Virus record (IMG/VR): IMGVR_UViG_3300027851_001140
Span: 30,857-94,856 of that record
Reading direction: 5' to 3' (one strand)
DNA from: a virus
Length of the DNA stretch: 64,000 bases
Each line of letters opens with the position of its first letter. Within the stretch, counting starts at the first letter, position 1. A program made the translations under genes and the position numbers. Shown one piece after another: positions 18,705-28,104 of the stretch. The notes under the pieces were generated by a model. That model was not told where the DNA came from, searched no databases, and worked only from the letters and a program-made list of their open reading frames with translations.

Positions 18705-21632
18705 TCAAGTCTTTTGATCAACCAAGTCTACTACTTCGCACACTCCTCCTGCGCAGGCTAAGGTCTGACTGCCAGCAGTCATGTCGTACGTTTCGTAGTT
18801 TCTCAAAGAAGACCAATCTACATCCGTAGGAAGATCAGCAGATAGTTTTAGATAAGTGTCTTCGTCTATCTCCTCGTAAGGAGCTTGCCTATACACGTGG
18901 TCTGAATGTGGAAGAAAAGATATACCAGAAATTGAGTCTAGGTTGTTCCAAACCCAAGAGCCTACTTCGAGAAACTCAGAATCTTTGTAGTACACAGTAA
19001 TAGAAGGCTTGTGCTCGCACCAGTAATCTTGATAAATTTTCCACAACTTAAGCTGACTAAGAGCCGCTACGGCACTAGTAGTGACGGAGGTTTCTGGTGC
19101 ACGTATCGGAAAAGAGAACACCCATACGTTTGGGTTCATCAAGTCTTCTTCGCACGGAAATCCCCACATTTGCATCATGCTTGCCAGAGGGTCTTTCTTA
19201 TCGCACCTAACCCTTCTAACGTAGAACTTAGAAAACCTTGGATGAATTCCGCTCGCAGAATCTACCAACTGACTCACGGTGCCGCTGGGCTTTACACAAG
19301 TAATGGCTGTACTTTGGCTTATTTTTAGTTTTCCTGACCACTCCTTGTTAACGTCTATAGCCTTCTGACGCATTTGAGTAAGCCAAGAGGAAAGGTCGGA
19401 CGAATCAGGATCTCCAAGTATGGGGTGGTCCATTATGCCAGTGAGAGAAACGCCTAGAAGCCTTTCTTCTTCTGTATTCTTCTTCCAGATGGGTCTGAGA
19501 TACCTAAAGTTTGTAACAGTAGACTGCAGCGTCCCCAAAATAGTGGCGGCTTCCACCTTTAGAAGCAAGTCGGCTAACGTGTCAGAAGGTCTGACAACAA
19601 CCTCAGACAAGTTGCAAAACTGATAGGGCCTAAGGATAATTTCACTACAAGGATTTGTACCAAAATCGTAGTCTGAATCGCGGCGACCATTTTTGGCTAC
19701 TTGATTTTTACTGGCAGCCCGGCTGAATATGCCCCTCTCTCCCGACTTAGACTCGTATAAACTAAGCCATTCGTTTAGAAATACCTGGTAGTCAGGTCTT
19801 TCTGTGTAAGAAGCGGAATTATTGGCTAACTGCCTGTGGGGATATTCTACCCACCATTGGCCACTTTTAGCTAAACGCATTCTATCATCAGATAAGTTTG
19901 AGAGACTGATCAGAGCAGATCTTCGAACTCCTCCCACTACCACAATGTCAGCAATCTTACACACTAGATCATGACATTCTAAGGAAGAAAGCTTCCTTCC
20001 TGCTGCTTTCTTGAAAAGCGCTACGCAAAACTTAAATAAACTTTCAAGTGGAGCAGGTCCGGATGCGCGTCCTCCAAACGTCTTGAGGCGAGCCCCTGCA
20101 GGTCGTATCTTAGATAGGTCCCACCGAGGAATAGTACCTGAGTACAAAAGACTGATAAGTTGGCGAAGGGAAGAGGCCCACCCTATTTTAGAGTCTGCAA
20201 CAGATATAACAGTATCAACCTCATAAAAGGTGTCCGCCACATCGGGCAATTTACTGACATACTGTCTTTCTACAGAGAACCCTACGCCAGTGCCACACAT
20301 CAGTATGTACATCAGCTCGTCAAAAGATCTGACGTGATCTATGGGTAGGTAGGAACAGTTTCCTGTTACCAAGCCCATATCCAGTACAAAAGTATTTGTG
20401 TCAGGGACCTCGGCACAAAAAACCTCGGACAAGGTAGTTTCACCAGAGAATCCGGTGAATACATAGTGAGATTCCAGAGGCTTAAAGTTCTTTCTCTTAC
20501 GATCTATCAAAAAATCGTCTGAACACATAGAAGAACGACTGAAGGACAAGCACCATAATTTCTTTGTGCGCTTACCAAAGTTGGTGTCTTCTGGATATTC
20601 GTACTTAGATTGAACAACGTACCCTAAACGAGAGGCTACTCTATTAACCCAGGAAATCTCATTCGACCCAACGGCAAGACTTACTTGACTACTTGCACTT
20701 ACTGTACCGTCTGCTGCAAGCCAGCCGCGCATGAATCCGAGCAAGTACTGATCGGTCTCGTTCTCCGATGGGAGTTCTTTAAGTTCATGTGTCTTAGCGA
20801 AAGATCCATACATCATCACTACGGGGTCTCCTCCGTAAGAAGGAGGATAAGATACAGGGTACTCAGAGAACCAAGGAAGAGTGTCCTCTTTGTCAGAGCA
20901 AATACGTATGTGATACCCCTTAAGCCTCTCCTGAGCATACGTAGCAGTTCCATCCCCATAAATAAACCCGTGCTGTACGCCAAGCCTGTAGTCCAAGGAG
21001 TCCGGGTCAGGCTTTGGACCCGCTACGAACTTGATGCGATCTCCGGGCTGGAGCTTCTCTGTTGGGACTACAGTACCATCGACAAGAACCCAACGGTGAT
21101 TAAGAGTGCACCTAACTTCCTTACGAGTATTGGAGTTTAGTCGGAAGTTTGCCTGAACAACGGGTTGTTCGCCGTAAGACTTAAATGTGGCACGTACCCA
21201 GCGACCCTCTACGTTCAAAACTGTGCAGGAAGATCCAGAGAGAGTACTTATGGGCACAAGGCCGTGCTCATAAGTAAGAACAAGGGTGTCACCTGACACT
21301 GGGTTGTACCCAGCAACCGAATCCTTTGTGAGTGCCTTTCCTGCCGTCATTAGAGCGCGCATGGAAGGCATGGATTTCAGATTTATGATATAGTCTCTCA
21401 AAAATCTCCTAGTCTCTTCATATTCAGAGCTAGAAGTAGAGGAAGACAACAAAACTTCGTCAAAAAAACTAAGGTACCTGTCTACTGTCTCATCCCAAGT
21501 CTCTCGTCTCTCCTCTGCTTCTATCCATCGAGAATAGCGAGACAAATGAATGAACTGTGAGTACAGTGGAGTAGACGTGTTCTTATAAAAGGAATCATGG
21601 GTGCTTAAGAAAGAGGTACCAGGTTCAGTCAT
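18705..21632 (-). CDS. nrdJ: Class II (B12-dependent) ribonucleotide reductase with intein
   Basis: SRYSRW...RETWDETVDRY, PSMR, GYN/CSY, GTGVGFSVE, GGVRRSALI, TNPCSEI, TCVKPSGTVS, C-terminal ACAGGVCE; start at ATG 21632 with RBS. Confidence 0.95.
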   Translation of the reverse strand: MTEPGTSFLSTHDSFYKNTSTPLYSQFIHLSRYSRWIEAEERRETWDETVDRYLSFFDEVLLSSSTSSSEYEETRRFLRDYIINLKSMPSMRALMTAGKALTKDSVAGYNPVSGDTLVLTYEHGLVPISTLSGSSCTVLNVEGRWVRATFKSYGEQPVVQANFRLNSNTRKEVRCTLNHRWVLVDGTVVPTEKLQPGDRIKFVAGPKPDPDSLDYRLGVQHGFIYGDGTATYAQERLKGYHIRICSDKEDTLPWFSEYPVSYPPSYGGDPVVMMYGSFAKTHELKELPSENETDQYLLGFMRGWLAADGTVSASSQVSLAVGSNEISWVNRVASRLGYVVQSKYEYPEDTNFGKRTKKLWCLSFSRSSMCSDDFLIDRKRKNFKPLESHYVFTGFSGETTLSEVFCAEVPDTNTFVLDMGLVTGNCSYLPIDHVRSFDELMYILMCGTGVGFSVERQYVSKLPDVADTFYEVDTVISVADSKIGWASSLRQLISLLYSGTIPRWDLSKIRPAGARLKTFGGRASGPAPLESLFKFCVALFKKAAGRKLSSLECHDLVCKIADIVVVGGVRRSALISLSNLSDDRMRLAKSGQWWVEYPHRQLANNSASYTERPDYQVFLNEWLSLYESKSGERGIFSRAASKNQVAKNGRRDSDYDFGTNPCSEIILRPYQFCNLSEVVVRPSDTLADLLLKVEAATILGTLQSTVTNFRYLRPIWKKNTEEERLLGVSLTGIMDHPILGDPDSSDLSSWLTQMRQKAIDVNKEWSGKLKISQSTAITCVKPSGTVSQLVDSASGIHPRFSKFYVRRVRCDKKDPLASMMQMWGFPCEEDLMNPNVWVFSFPIRAPETSVTTSAVAALSQLKLWKIYQDYWCEHKPSITVYYKDSEFLEVGSWVWNNLDSISGISFLPHSDHVYRQAPYEEIDEDTYLKLSADLPTDVDWSSLRNYETYDMTAGSQTLACAGGVCEVVDLVDQKT
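20358..21302 (-). mobile_element. Class 3 intein (315 aa, Pro1) with LAGLIDADG homing endonuclease in NrdJ
   Basis: Inserted at GYN|CSY; starts PVSGDT, block B TLNHRW, block F VFCAEV, ends LVTGN; HEN motifs GFIYGDGT and RGWLAADGT. Confidence 0.9.
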
Positions 21633-21660
21633 GTTTCTTCCTATAAAGTGTACAGACACA

Positions 21661-21695
21661 AAAGGCAACATACCTAGTTAAAAGGTGTTGCCTCT
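21661..21695 (-). terminator. Possible terminator between the primase/exonuclease operon and nrdJ
   Basis: Minus strand AGGCAACACCT-loop-AGGTATGTTGCCT followed by a short T run; imperfect stem. Confidence 0.4.
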
Positions 21696-21751
21696 GCATC
21701 ATTGTTATGGAGTTTATAGATAAGCGCGGAAAGGTACGGTTTAACGCCCAA

Positions 21752-22171
21752 CTACTCCCTAGACAACCAAGTGGCCAAAGACGCCATATATCGCGCTAGA
21801 TGAGACTCAAGAAGGGACAGTGACAGGTCAATGTCGTCCTCAGTGGAGGTCGAAAGAAGAGCAGGGACCAAATCAGCCTGAGCAGAACTCCACAACGAAG
21901 CATCAGTCTTAAAAGCGTGAACCAGCTTTAGGTAATTGGGAGCAACCACCTGTAGAACGTAAGCCTTATCGGAATACGAATTTCTAGGAAGCTTGAGTAA
22001 GGAATTCAACATCTCAGAGGTCTCCGACAAGGCACGTGCACGATGTATTGTGTAATCGGGAGAGGTAGCGGATTCGAGAGCAAGCAAAGAAGACAAAGCA
22101 TGAGAGGGCTCCGTGTATCCTTGCTCCTTCAGTAAGGAGTAAAGCTCATTGATTACTTTTGTGGATTTCAT
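21752..22171 (-). CDS. Hypothetical protein
   Basis: 139 aa ORF overlapping the end of the exonuclease gene. Confidence 0.6.
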   Translation of the reverse strand: MKSTKVINELYSLLKEQGYTEPSHALSSLLALESATSPDYTIHRARALSETSEMLNSLLKLPRNSYSDKAYVLQVVAPNYLKLVHAFKTDASLWSSAQADLVPALLSTSTEDDIDLSLSLLESHLARYMASLATWLSRE

Positions 22172-22988
22172 GCTTATCCCTAATAAGAGAAGAAACTGGA
22201 ACTAGGTGTGAAGACAATGCTGGTGAGAAACATATTCCTGCGTATGAGCAACCACTCTTGTGACCTTCCGCTGCATTTACACAAATTCCGTCAGGAATAC
22301 GGCCGTCTGCAAGGTCTTCTTGCGCTTGTTTGTACAGCCCAAGCGCTTCTGGGTAGGCCTCCAACGAAGGCTTAACTACAAAAACTTTGAACTTTTCTGG
22401 ATTATCCCTAGAAAGATAGACAAATATTATCTTGTCTATTCCCCAATCGTAACTTTCATTAAGGGCACAGGAGTAACAACTAGCTTGTACGATGTGTTTA
22501 TCATAGGGTTTCTTCAAAGATTCCAGGTTAGAGGAAGAAGTTGTCTTGAACTCCACAACTGCCTTCCACTTGATGTTTACACCGTCTACGTGCATCCCTA
22601 ATTCAGAGTTGGGAGCCAACTCATCATATTTTTGAGGTCGCCCACAGAGAGGACAAATAGCAGATCCCTCTCTACCATATTCTGTGATACCACAACACGT
22701 CCAATTTCCGTATAGGAAGTTGGCCATTCCCAAAAATTGCTGTACCACTTCGTGAACGGCAGACCCAATTTTTACGTAAAAGTTGAACTTGTAATCTTCG
22801 CTTCTAAGAACTGTCCGTTCCCTGTCGAACCTATTGTGGATGACGTACTCCCGTTTGCAGAAAGGAAGTCGTGAAGATCGGAATTTGAAGTCAGCAGGAA
22901 GAAGTATCTCTTCTTTCAAAGAGGCCCTGAGGTCTTCTTCTACTAATGACTCAATTTCTTTTTTTGAAATACGTGATTTTTTAGCCAT
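22146..22988 (-). CDS. Cas4-like PD-(D/E)xK exonuclease
   Basis: PFCKRE, GSAVHE, HVDG, EFKTT, QASCY, C-terminal C...C...C cluster; extra CCG/CPLCG Zn ribbon. Confidence 0.8.
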   Translation of the reverse strand: MAKKSRISKKEIESLVEEDLRASLKEEILLPADFKFRSSRLPFCKREYVIHNRFDRERTVLRSEDYKFNFYVKIGSAVHEVVQQFLGMANFLYGNWTCCGITEYGREGSAICPLCGRPQKYDELAPNSELGMHVDGVNIKWKAVVEFKTTSSSNLESLKKPYDKHIVQASCYSCALNESYDWGIDKIIFVYLSRDNPEKFKVFVVKPSLEAYPEALGLYKQAQEDLADGRIPDGICVNAAEGHKSGCSYAGICFSPALSSHLVPVSSLIRDKHEIHKSNQ

Positions 22989-23926
22989 GAAAGCTGGTCA
23001 CTATCAAGAGAACCTGGATCGTCATCCGGTGAAAGAGAAAGAATGTCTACTCGGCGAACTTTACTAACAAGAGTTGGTTTTATCTTGCGGGCAGCAAGTC
23101 TACCCGCAGGGTCAGGATCCATCAATATCCATACGTGGTCAAAGCCGAGGGAAAGAAGAGTGTCTCTTTTTTCGTCAGACCAGTTATTAGACCCTAGAAT
23201 AGAGAGACAAGGTATCTCATGCTGAAGAAGATTTAGTGCGTCTACTTCTCCCTCCACAAGAACTACAGGGCCAGAGTGATGAAAATTTTCCCTTACGTAA
23301 TCAAATGGAAAAAGTATTCTCTTTGCATCACATCCAGGAACTCTATAGTATTTCTGAAATTTGTTACTGTCTAGTCGTCTACCTACGTACCCCATGAGCC
23401 TGTTGTGCTGTAGATAGGGCCACAAAATCCTATCTACAGTGAAAGACTTGCCAGTCTTGGTCACCACAGGTTGAGGCCAAAGATACGAAGGTATCTTACG
23501 TAGAAAAGACCTACTCAATCCTCTCCAGATAGGAGCTTTCCACGAGGAGCACTCAGTCGGAATAGTGTAATCATCGTCTTCCGTCGAAGCCAAAGACGAC
23601 AACTTTGAAGCCAAAGGAGAAAATACGTTAGTATCTTCCACCTTCTTGGTGAAGGTGTTTTCGAATACAGTAGTGTTGAAGGGGGCCAGCCCTAACTCTT
23701 TAGCGAGTTTATTCCAGCTACCAGACCAGTCACAAACCCAGCAATGAGCCTTTCGACCATCCTTGGTAATCTCTAAATGATAGCCAGTATCGTGACCATT
23801 TTCGTGCGGGAACGGACAGTTCAATTTAAGATTCCTGGACCCGGAACTCTTAAACTCTATACCTCCACGAGATAACTCTCCCACTAAATGAGATTCCGCT
23901 TCGATAGGGTGTGGCCACTTAAACAT
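22943..23926 (-). CDS. dnaG: DnaG-type primase
   Basis: CPFPH...HCWVCD zinc finger, YVGRR, VLVEGEVDAL, MDPDPAG TOPRIM. Confidence 0.9.
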   Translation of the reverse strand: MFKWPHPIEAESHLVGELSRGGIEFKSSGSRNLKLNCPFPHENGHDTGYHLEITKDGRKAHCWVCDWSGSWNKLAKELGLAPFNTTVFENTFTKKVEDTNVFSPLASKLSSLASTEDDDYTIPTECSSWKAPIWRGLSRSFLRKIPSYLWPQPVVTKTGKSFTVDRILWPYLQHNRLMGYVGRRLDSNKFQKYYRVPGCDAKRILFPFDYVRENFHHSGPVVLVEGEVDALNLLQHEIPCLSILGSNNWSDEKRDTLLSLGFDHVWILMDPDPAGRLAARKIKPTLVSKVRRVDILSLSPDDDPGSLDSDQLSWLKNHVFQKKKLSH

Positions 23927-23929
23927 GGG

Positions 23930-24229
23930 TCAAGAAGGAGGAGATAGGACGGATTCTATTCTATTCATAATAGAATCCCATTCCGGTCCGGATACCTTAC
24001 CTGCACGTGCGTAGGACAGAACGTCCGAAAGTATCGATATGTGCTCGTGAGGTGTAACAAGAAGCTGAACCAGTGGTAGCTTTTCTAAAGGACCATCATA
24101 AGGCACGTAGTCACTAAGTATGTCCATATCCAGGACACATAGGTCATCTACAAAGTATTCAAGGTGGGTGTGTCCATCAGAACCCTTAGTTCTAGAAACG
24201 GATACAAGAGGAATTCTTAGTGTGTGCAT
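23930..24229 (-). CDS. Hypothetical protein, probably leaderless
   Basis: 99 aa ORF; TGTAAAGT 6 nt before the ATG, no SD. Confidence 0.6.
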   Translation of the reverse strand: MHTLRIPLVSVSRTKGSDGHTHLEYFVDDLCVLDMDILSDYVPYDGPLEKLPLVQLLVTPHEHISILSDVLSYARAGKVSGPEWDSIMNRIESVLSPPS

Positions 24230-24245
24230 GTAAGCACTTTACAGG

Positions 24246-25115
24246 TCACCCGCCTTCTCCCTGGCCTCGTACAGGTACTCCTGTTGTACCTAGTGTGTTC
24301 CCAGGACCAAACTCGCCAGCTGCCTCGGAAGAAAACTGAATTCCAGGAACAAAGGCAGACCGCCACGAAGAGATAAGACGCTGGGCACTGTAGAATGGAG
24401 GCTCAGTAGACCGTATCTTGAATGTAGCATTCCAAGATAGAGTTGCTGGGTTGGACGCGTCTTCCGAGAAGGAAAGACCTTCTGGCGTAAAGAAACCTCT
24501 CATGAATATCTCAGGATATACAAGAGAGTGGTACGCAATGAAGACAAAGTTAGGCCTGCCATCCCTCAGTATTTTAGGTTGGTTCAGTATGTCAAAGAAG
24601 TCGTAAAAGTCCAGGAGACCAGGAGGAAGACTCACAGCCTGTTGTGAGGTTACATTTCCGTTGCTCTTTTGAAGTACTTCTTGACCTATACGAACAGGCA
24701 TTATATTACCTGCTTGAAATGTAAACGAAACTGTGGGCTCGTCAAAGAAGGTGGAACGAGACCCGTTTCTCCATACATGAGTAATAGTTCCTGAGCGAGT
24801 CTGCTGCTGTGCAGCCCTCATAGGAAAATTCCACTGTGTGTTGGACGGGCCAGACCAAAAAAGTATGTAGCGCCCTTGAACGGCCAAGGATTCGGTAGTT
24901 ATGATGAGGGGAGTTCCGTTATACCTGTAGGGTCCTCTGGAGTCTCCACTACCTGTTTTTGAGGAAAAGGCGATACTACTTTGAGGGGCTCGTTGAGCCA
25001 GATCGCGTATGAGCCTCTCTTCGTCTCTAACGTAAGAACGTAGAACAGAAAACGCTCCGCCTAGAACGTCGGTGGACTCGGCTCCAATAGTAGAATTAGC
25101 TGCGGGTGAACTCAT
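24246..25115 (-). CDS. Putative tail/baseplate structural protein
   Basis: Beta-rich QQTRSG...HVW...DEPTVSFTFQAGN...RGFF...FSEDA..P...W pattern resembling tube-initiator/baseplate proteins. Confidence 0.45.
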   Translation of the reverse strand: MSSPAANSTIGAESTDVLGGAFSVLRSYVRDEERLIRDLAQRAPQSSIAFSSKTGSGDSRGPYRYNGTPLIITTESLAVQGRYILFWSGPSNTQWNFPMRAAQQQTRSGTITHVWRNGSRSTFFDEPTVSFTFQAGNIMPVRIGQEVLQKSNGNVTSQQAVSLPPGLLDFYDFFDILNQPKILRDGRPNFVFIAYHSLVYPEIFMRGFFTPEGLSFSEDASNPATLSWNATFKIRSTEPPFYSAQRLISSWRSAFVPGIQFSSEAAGEFGPGNTLGTTGVPVRGQGEGG

Positions 25116-25139
25116 AGTACTCTCTCATTGCTACATAAC

Positions 25140-25176
25140 AAGAGAGGGCCCCATAGAAACTATGGGGCCCTCTCTT
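25140..25176. terminator. Perfect inverted repeat terminator
   Basis: AAGAGAGGGCCCCATAG-AAA-CTATGGGGCCCTCTCTT, 17-bp arms, intergenic. Confidence 0.7.
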
Positions 25177-25199
25177 TCAATATGAAGACATGCTAATAT

Positions 25200-25925
25200 T
25201 CATTCTGAAAATTCAGAATCTTCATCAGCTAAATGAAGTACACCAGTAAGTTCGGAGTATCTTTCCTTGGCGTACTTCTGGACTATACCGGAGGTACTGT
25301 CGATAAGAAAACTAAGGTCAGATTCTGTGAGGTCCATCGACATGAGTTCGGACTTAACCTGACGACTCTTCATGTCCTTACTTGCCAGAGAAGCCACCAG
25401 CGTCTGTACTCTAATGTTCACATCAGAGTATTCCTCATCTTCATCCTCCGGTTCCGCATCCTCTATCACGTCAGAGGGCTTTGACATAGCAGGAGAAGAC
25501 TTAGATGAGTACTCACTACCCAACGAAGTCAGGTCATCACCATCGTCGTTAACAGATCTTGCCTTCTGTACAGCGGAAGAGCGAGCCGTAAGGCGAGCTG
25601 TAGCCTCAGCCAAAGCTTCCCTAACGGCAGGGTCAGACAGTTCCTTTTCGGCCTGCTCCTGCGTGACCAGAGCAAGGGCCCGTCTGTCTAGGCACTCCCT
25701 CAAATCCTTAGAGTTCCTTATCATAGAAGGAGTGGCCCGGTTAGAAAGGCAGACCGGAAACTTAGTGTTTGGTATTATTTCTCGGTGGGTACGAGTACCA
25801 TCATTCAAGGTAATAACTAGTGCTCCCCTTTTGGGGTAAATGTTTCTTACGTAAATCGGTTGCTTGCTGTCTAGCAAGTCGTCAAGATATACGAAGGCAC
25901 TCTTGTCTTTGTCGTACAATGTCAT
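25200..25925 (-). CDS. Hypothetical protein with acidic C-terminal half
   Basis: 241 aa ORF with AGAGG RBS. Confidence 0.75.
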   Translation of the reverse strand: MTLYDKDKSAFVYLDDLLDSKQPIYVRNIYPKRGALVITLNDGTRTHREIIPNTKFPVCLSNRATPSMIRNSKDLRECLDRRALALVTQEQAEKELSDPAVREALAEATARLTARSSAVQKARSVNDDGDDLTSLGSEYSSKSSPAMSKPSDVIEDAEPEDEDEEYSDVNIRVQTLVASLASKDMKSRQVKSELMSMDLTESDLSFLIDSTSGIVQKYAKERYSELTGVLHLADEDSEFSE

Positions 25926-26089
25926 TCTGACCTCTTAGGCTCATGGGTGAGATTGGGTTTAGTCTTTGGGTCTTGGTCAAAACCTTCGGACGAAGAATCA
26001 TCCAAAGGTTTTCTCTTCTTTAGTTTTTCTTCTAGAGAAGAGGGAACATCATCTGTGTGAACTACTTCACCATATCGGACTGTAGGCAT
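25922..26089 (-). CDS. Small hypothetical protein (55 aa), not in the ORF track
   Basis: MPTVRYGEVVHTDDVPSS...EPKRSE; AAGGA upstream, ATGA overlap with the next gene, fills the gap. Confidence 0.6.
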   Translation of the reverse strand: MPTVRYGEVVHTDDVPSSLEEKLKKRKPLDDSSSEGFDQDPKTKPNLTHEPKRSE

Positions 26090-26099
26090 ATATTTCCTT

Positions 26100-27062
26100 T
26101 TACAAAGAAGAAGGCATTATTCCTTTTTTGTCGAATAAAGAGGATTCCCATATAGTAGACGCAAATCTTCTAGTTCTGCTCCACCTACCATTGCGTATCG
26201 ACCAGTGCCATCTTCCGTAAGTTGACTCCGCTAGTCTTCTTAGGAGTAATTTAGAAAAGGAATTCTGATTTTTCGAAGGATTATCTATCTGGTCGGTGCA
26301 AGAAGACAATATCCTGAAGGCTGTATAAGGAGAATTTACGCTGTGGCTCCAAAATACTGCCAGGGAAAGGTCGTAGGAAGGAGTTATAGTATCTACTTCG
26401 TAAAGTAGTTCGTTAACAGTAACTCCCCCTAAACGCCTAGAGTTAGCCAAAGTTAGAAAGTGGGAAGAACCAAATTCTATCTGTGAATCAAAGGTTTTTG
26501 GGTCGGAGAATAATTTGTGAAAGCAAACGGCCCATTTTGCTGATTGGTCCCAACGTGGTCCTGTCCGAGGAACTTTCCCTCCCAATGGAGTAAGCCTATC
26601 CCTTATATCCGACCCAAAAACCTTAGACCCTGCAGTTATAATCAAGCGTCGGTTAGAAATCTTTATGCTGCAGTCTTCTAGGTACCTCAGATGGCCATCT
26701 TGAGATATATACCAATTGTTTTCTCTTAGAAGAGAACTCAAATCCGAATAAGGAGTCAGCTGAGGTACTAGCTCGAACTTGCGCAAAAGAGACCACAAAG
26801 CTCCTTGGTCATTCTCTGCGTAAAAGTCCTCTGATGCCAATTCCTTGGGGTAGACCGCCACTGCCTGATGAAGTCCGGCCGTCACTGCCGTCCCATCATA
26901 CATAGTTATGGAGCCAAATTTGGCGCCGGATTCGACTAGGGAAGTTAGATAAAGAACTCTTTCCCAATGACCCGAAGATGAGTTATCAAAAGGAAATCTG
27001 TGAGATCCTATTATCTGTGGACCTGAGTACGAACCAAAGGTACGGTGGCGGACGTTAGTCAT
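26100..27062 (-). CDS. Hypothetical protein, possible lysozyme-like peptidoglycan hydrolase
   Basis: LVESG...MYDGTAVTAGLHQ resembles the E-S...YD...G..Q lysozyme-superfamily motif; function is weakly supported. Confidence 0.4.
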   Translation of the reverse strand: MTNVRHRTFGSYSGPQIIGSHRFPFDNSSSGHWERVLYLTSLVESGAKFGSITMYDGTAVTAGLHQAVAVYPKELASEDFYAENDQGALWSLLRKFELVPQLTPYSDLSSLLRENNWYISQDGHLRYLEDCSIKISNRRLIITAGSKVFGSDIRDRLTPLGGKVPRTGPRWDQSAKWAVCFHKLFSDPKTFDSQIEFGSSHFLTLANSRRLGGVTVNELLYEVDTITPSYDLSLAVFWSHSVNSPYTAFRILSSCTDQIDNPSKNQNSFSKLLLRRLAESTYGRWHWSIRNGRWSRTRRFASTIWESSLFDKKGIMPSSL

Positions 27063-27580
27063 TCCTTCGAAGAACGTTTTTTCCTACGCTTAGGAGTTGA
27101 GGTAGAACCTTCCTCAGTTTGAGACGCAGAAACGTCGTCAGAAATGTCGCTGCTTTCCGTTGATACGGGTGCAGTGTCATGATCGTAGTCGGAAGAAACT
27201 GCTGCCTCCGAAATTTCGACAGAAGACGTTTCCAGCTGTTCCTGTTCCTGTTCCTGTTCCTGTTCCTGTTCCTGTTCCTGTTCCTCAGATAAGGCAGGAG
27301 ACTCCTTAGAAACTAAGGGTGAGGCAACAGGCTCCGGCAAAACGTCCGCTGGGGCCGGGTCGACCGAAGCTTCTACCCTAACAGCGGATGGGGTCTTAGA
27401 AGCACCTGTTGTATTAGCAGCTGAATTGGATGCTACAGGGGTGACTGCTACACCAAATTTAGCAAGTTCTCGTGCAGTGAAAGAGTCCAGGTTAGCACTA
27501 AACTTTGCGTAGGGCTTAACTCTAACTTTTCCAACGAAAACAAGACTTCCGTTTGGATTTTTAACGTCATATCTAGGCAT
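27059..27580 (-). CDS. Hypothetical protein with disordered acidic tail
   Basis: GGAG RBS; 173 aa with (EQ)8 tract and basic C-terminus. Confidence 0.7.
   Translation of the reverse strand: MPRYDVKNPNGSLVFVGKVRVKPYAKFSANLDSFTARELAKFGVAVTPVASNSAANTTGASKTPSAVRVEASVDPAPADVLPEPVASPLVSKESPALSEEQEQEQEQEQEQEQEQLETSSVEISEAAVSSDYDHDTAPVSTESSDISDDVSASQTEEGSTSTPKRRKKRSSKE
27236..27283. repeat. (CTGTTC)8 coding microsatellite
   Basis: Eight perfect hexamers encoding EQ repeats on the minus strand. Confidence 0.95.
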
Positions 27581-27620
27581 AGATTACTCCAGTAAACATA
27601 AGACTATGAAAGTCTGGATG

Positions 27621-27995
27621 TCACTTAGCAGCCCAACCAGTGGCTACGTTGTTTCCCACTTCCTTGACATACAGAGTGGTAAGTGCGCCACCGTCCTTAC
27701 GGACAAAGAGATCGCCCACGCTTCCCACTACCACTCCCTCTGGATCTCCGGTTCCTGCAAGGACCTTGGCTCCTCCCATGACAGGCTCAGCTTGATTATC
27801 CGCATCCTGACTTGTTGGGTTGACAGAAAACTGTATGTATCCGCCTTCTGCAAGATTTACTAGTGTGTTCTTGGAAAGCTCAAGCTCCTGGGCTGTCAGG
27901 TCCAGCTGTCTCACTTCGTTGGGCTCCAAAATGCCAACGAACTGACCTACTGGTAGACGACTGTTTGTTCTATTTGTTACTGAAAGAGTTGCCAT
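27621..27995 (-). CDS. Small virion fibre/decoration-like protein
   Basis: GGAG RBS; C-terminal GTGDPEGVV.GSVGDLFVRKDGG..TTLYVKE.G...TGWAAK fibre-type motif; N-terminus resembles that of 28105-31224. Confidence 0.65.
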   Translation of the reverse strand: MATLSVTNRTNSRLPVGQFVGILEPNEVRQLDLTAQELELSKNTLVNLAEGGYIQFSVNPTSQDADNQAEPVMGGAKVLAGTGDPEGVVVGSVGDLFVRKDGGALTTLYVKEVGNNVATGWAAK

Positions 27996-28104
27996 TGTGT
28001 ATCTCCAAAGTCCTAGAGGACCGATGATGATTCATATAACCAAAAAAGTTAGAACAATGAATTATAGTCTAAATGACTGAGGTATTTTGAACGATCTGAC
28101 TAGA

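Noticed and set aside
22146-22988. Cas4 as evidence of a CRISPR-Cas system
   Set aside because: Solo Cas4-like exonucleases are common in phage replication modules; it sits next to primase with no array.
27236-27283. Phase-variable switch at the (CTGTTC)8 tract
   Set aside because: A hexamer unit preserves frame, so slippage only changes linker length.
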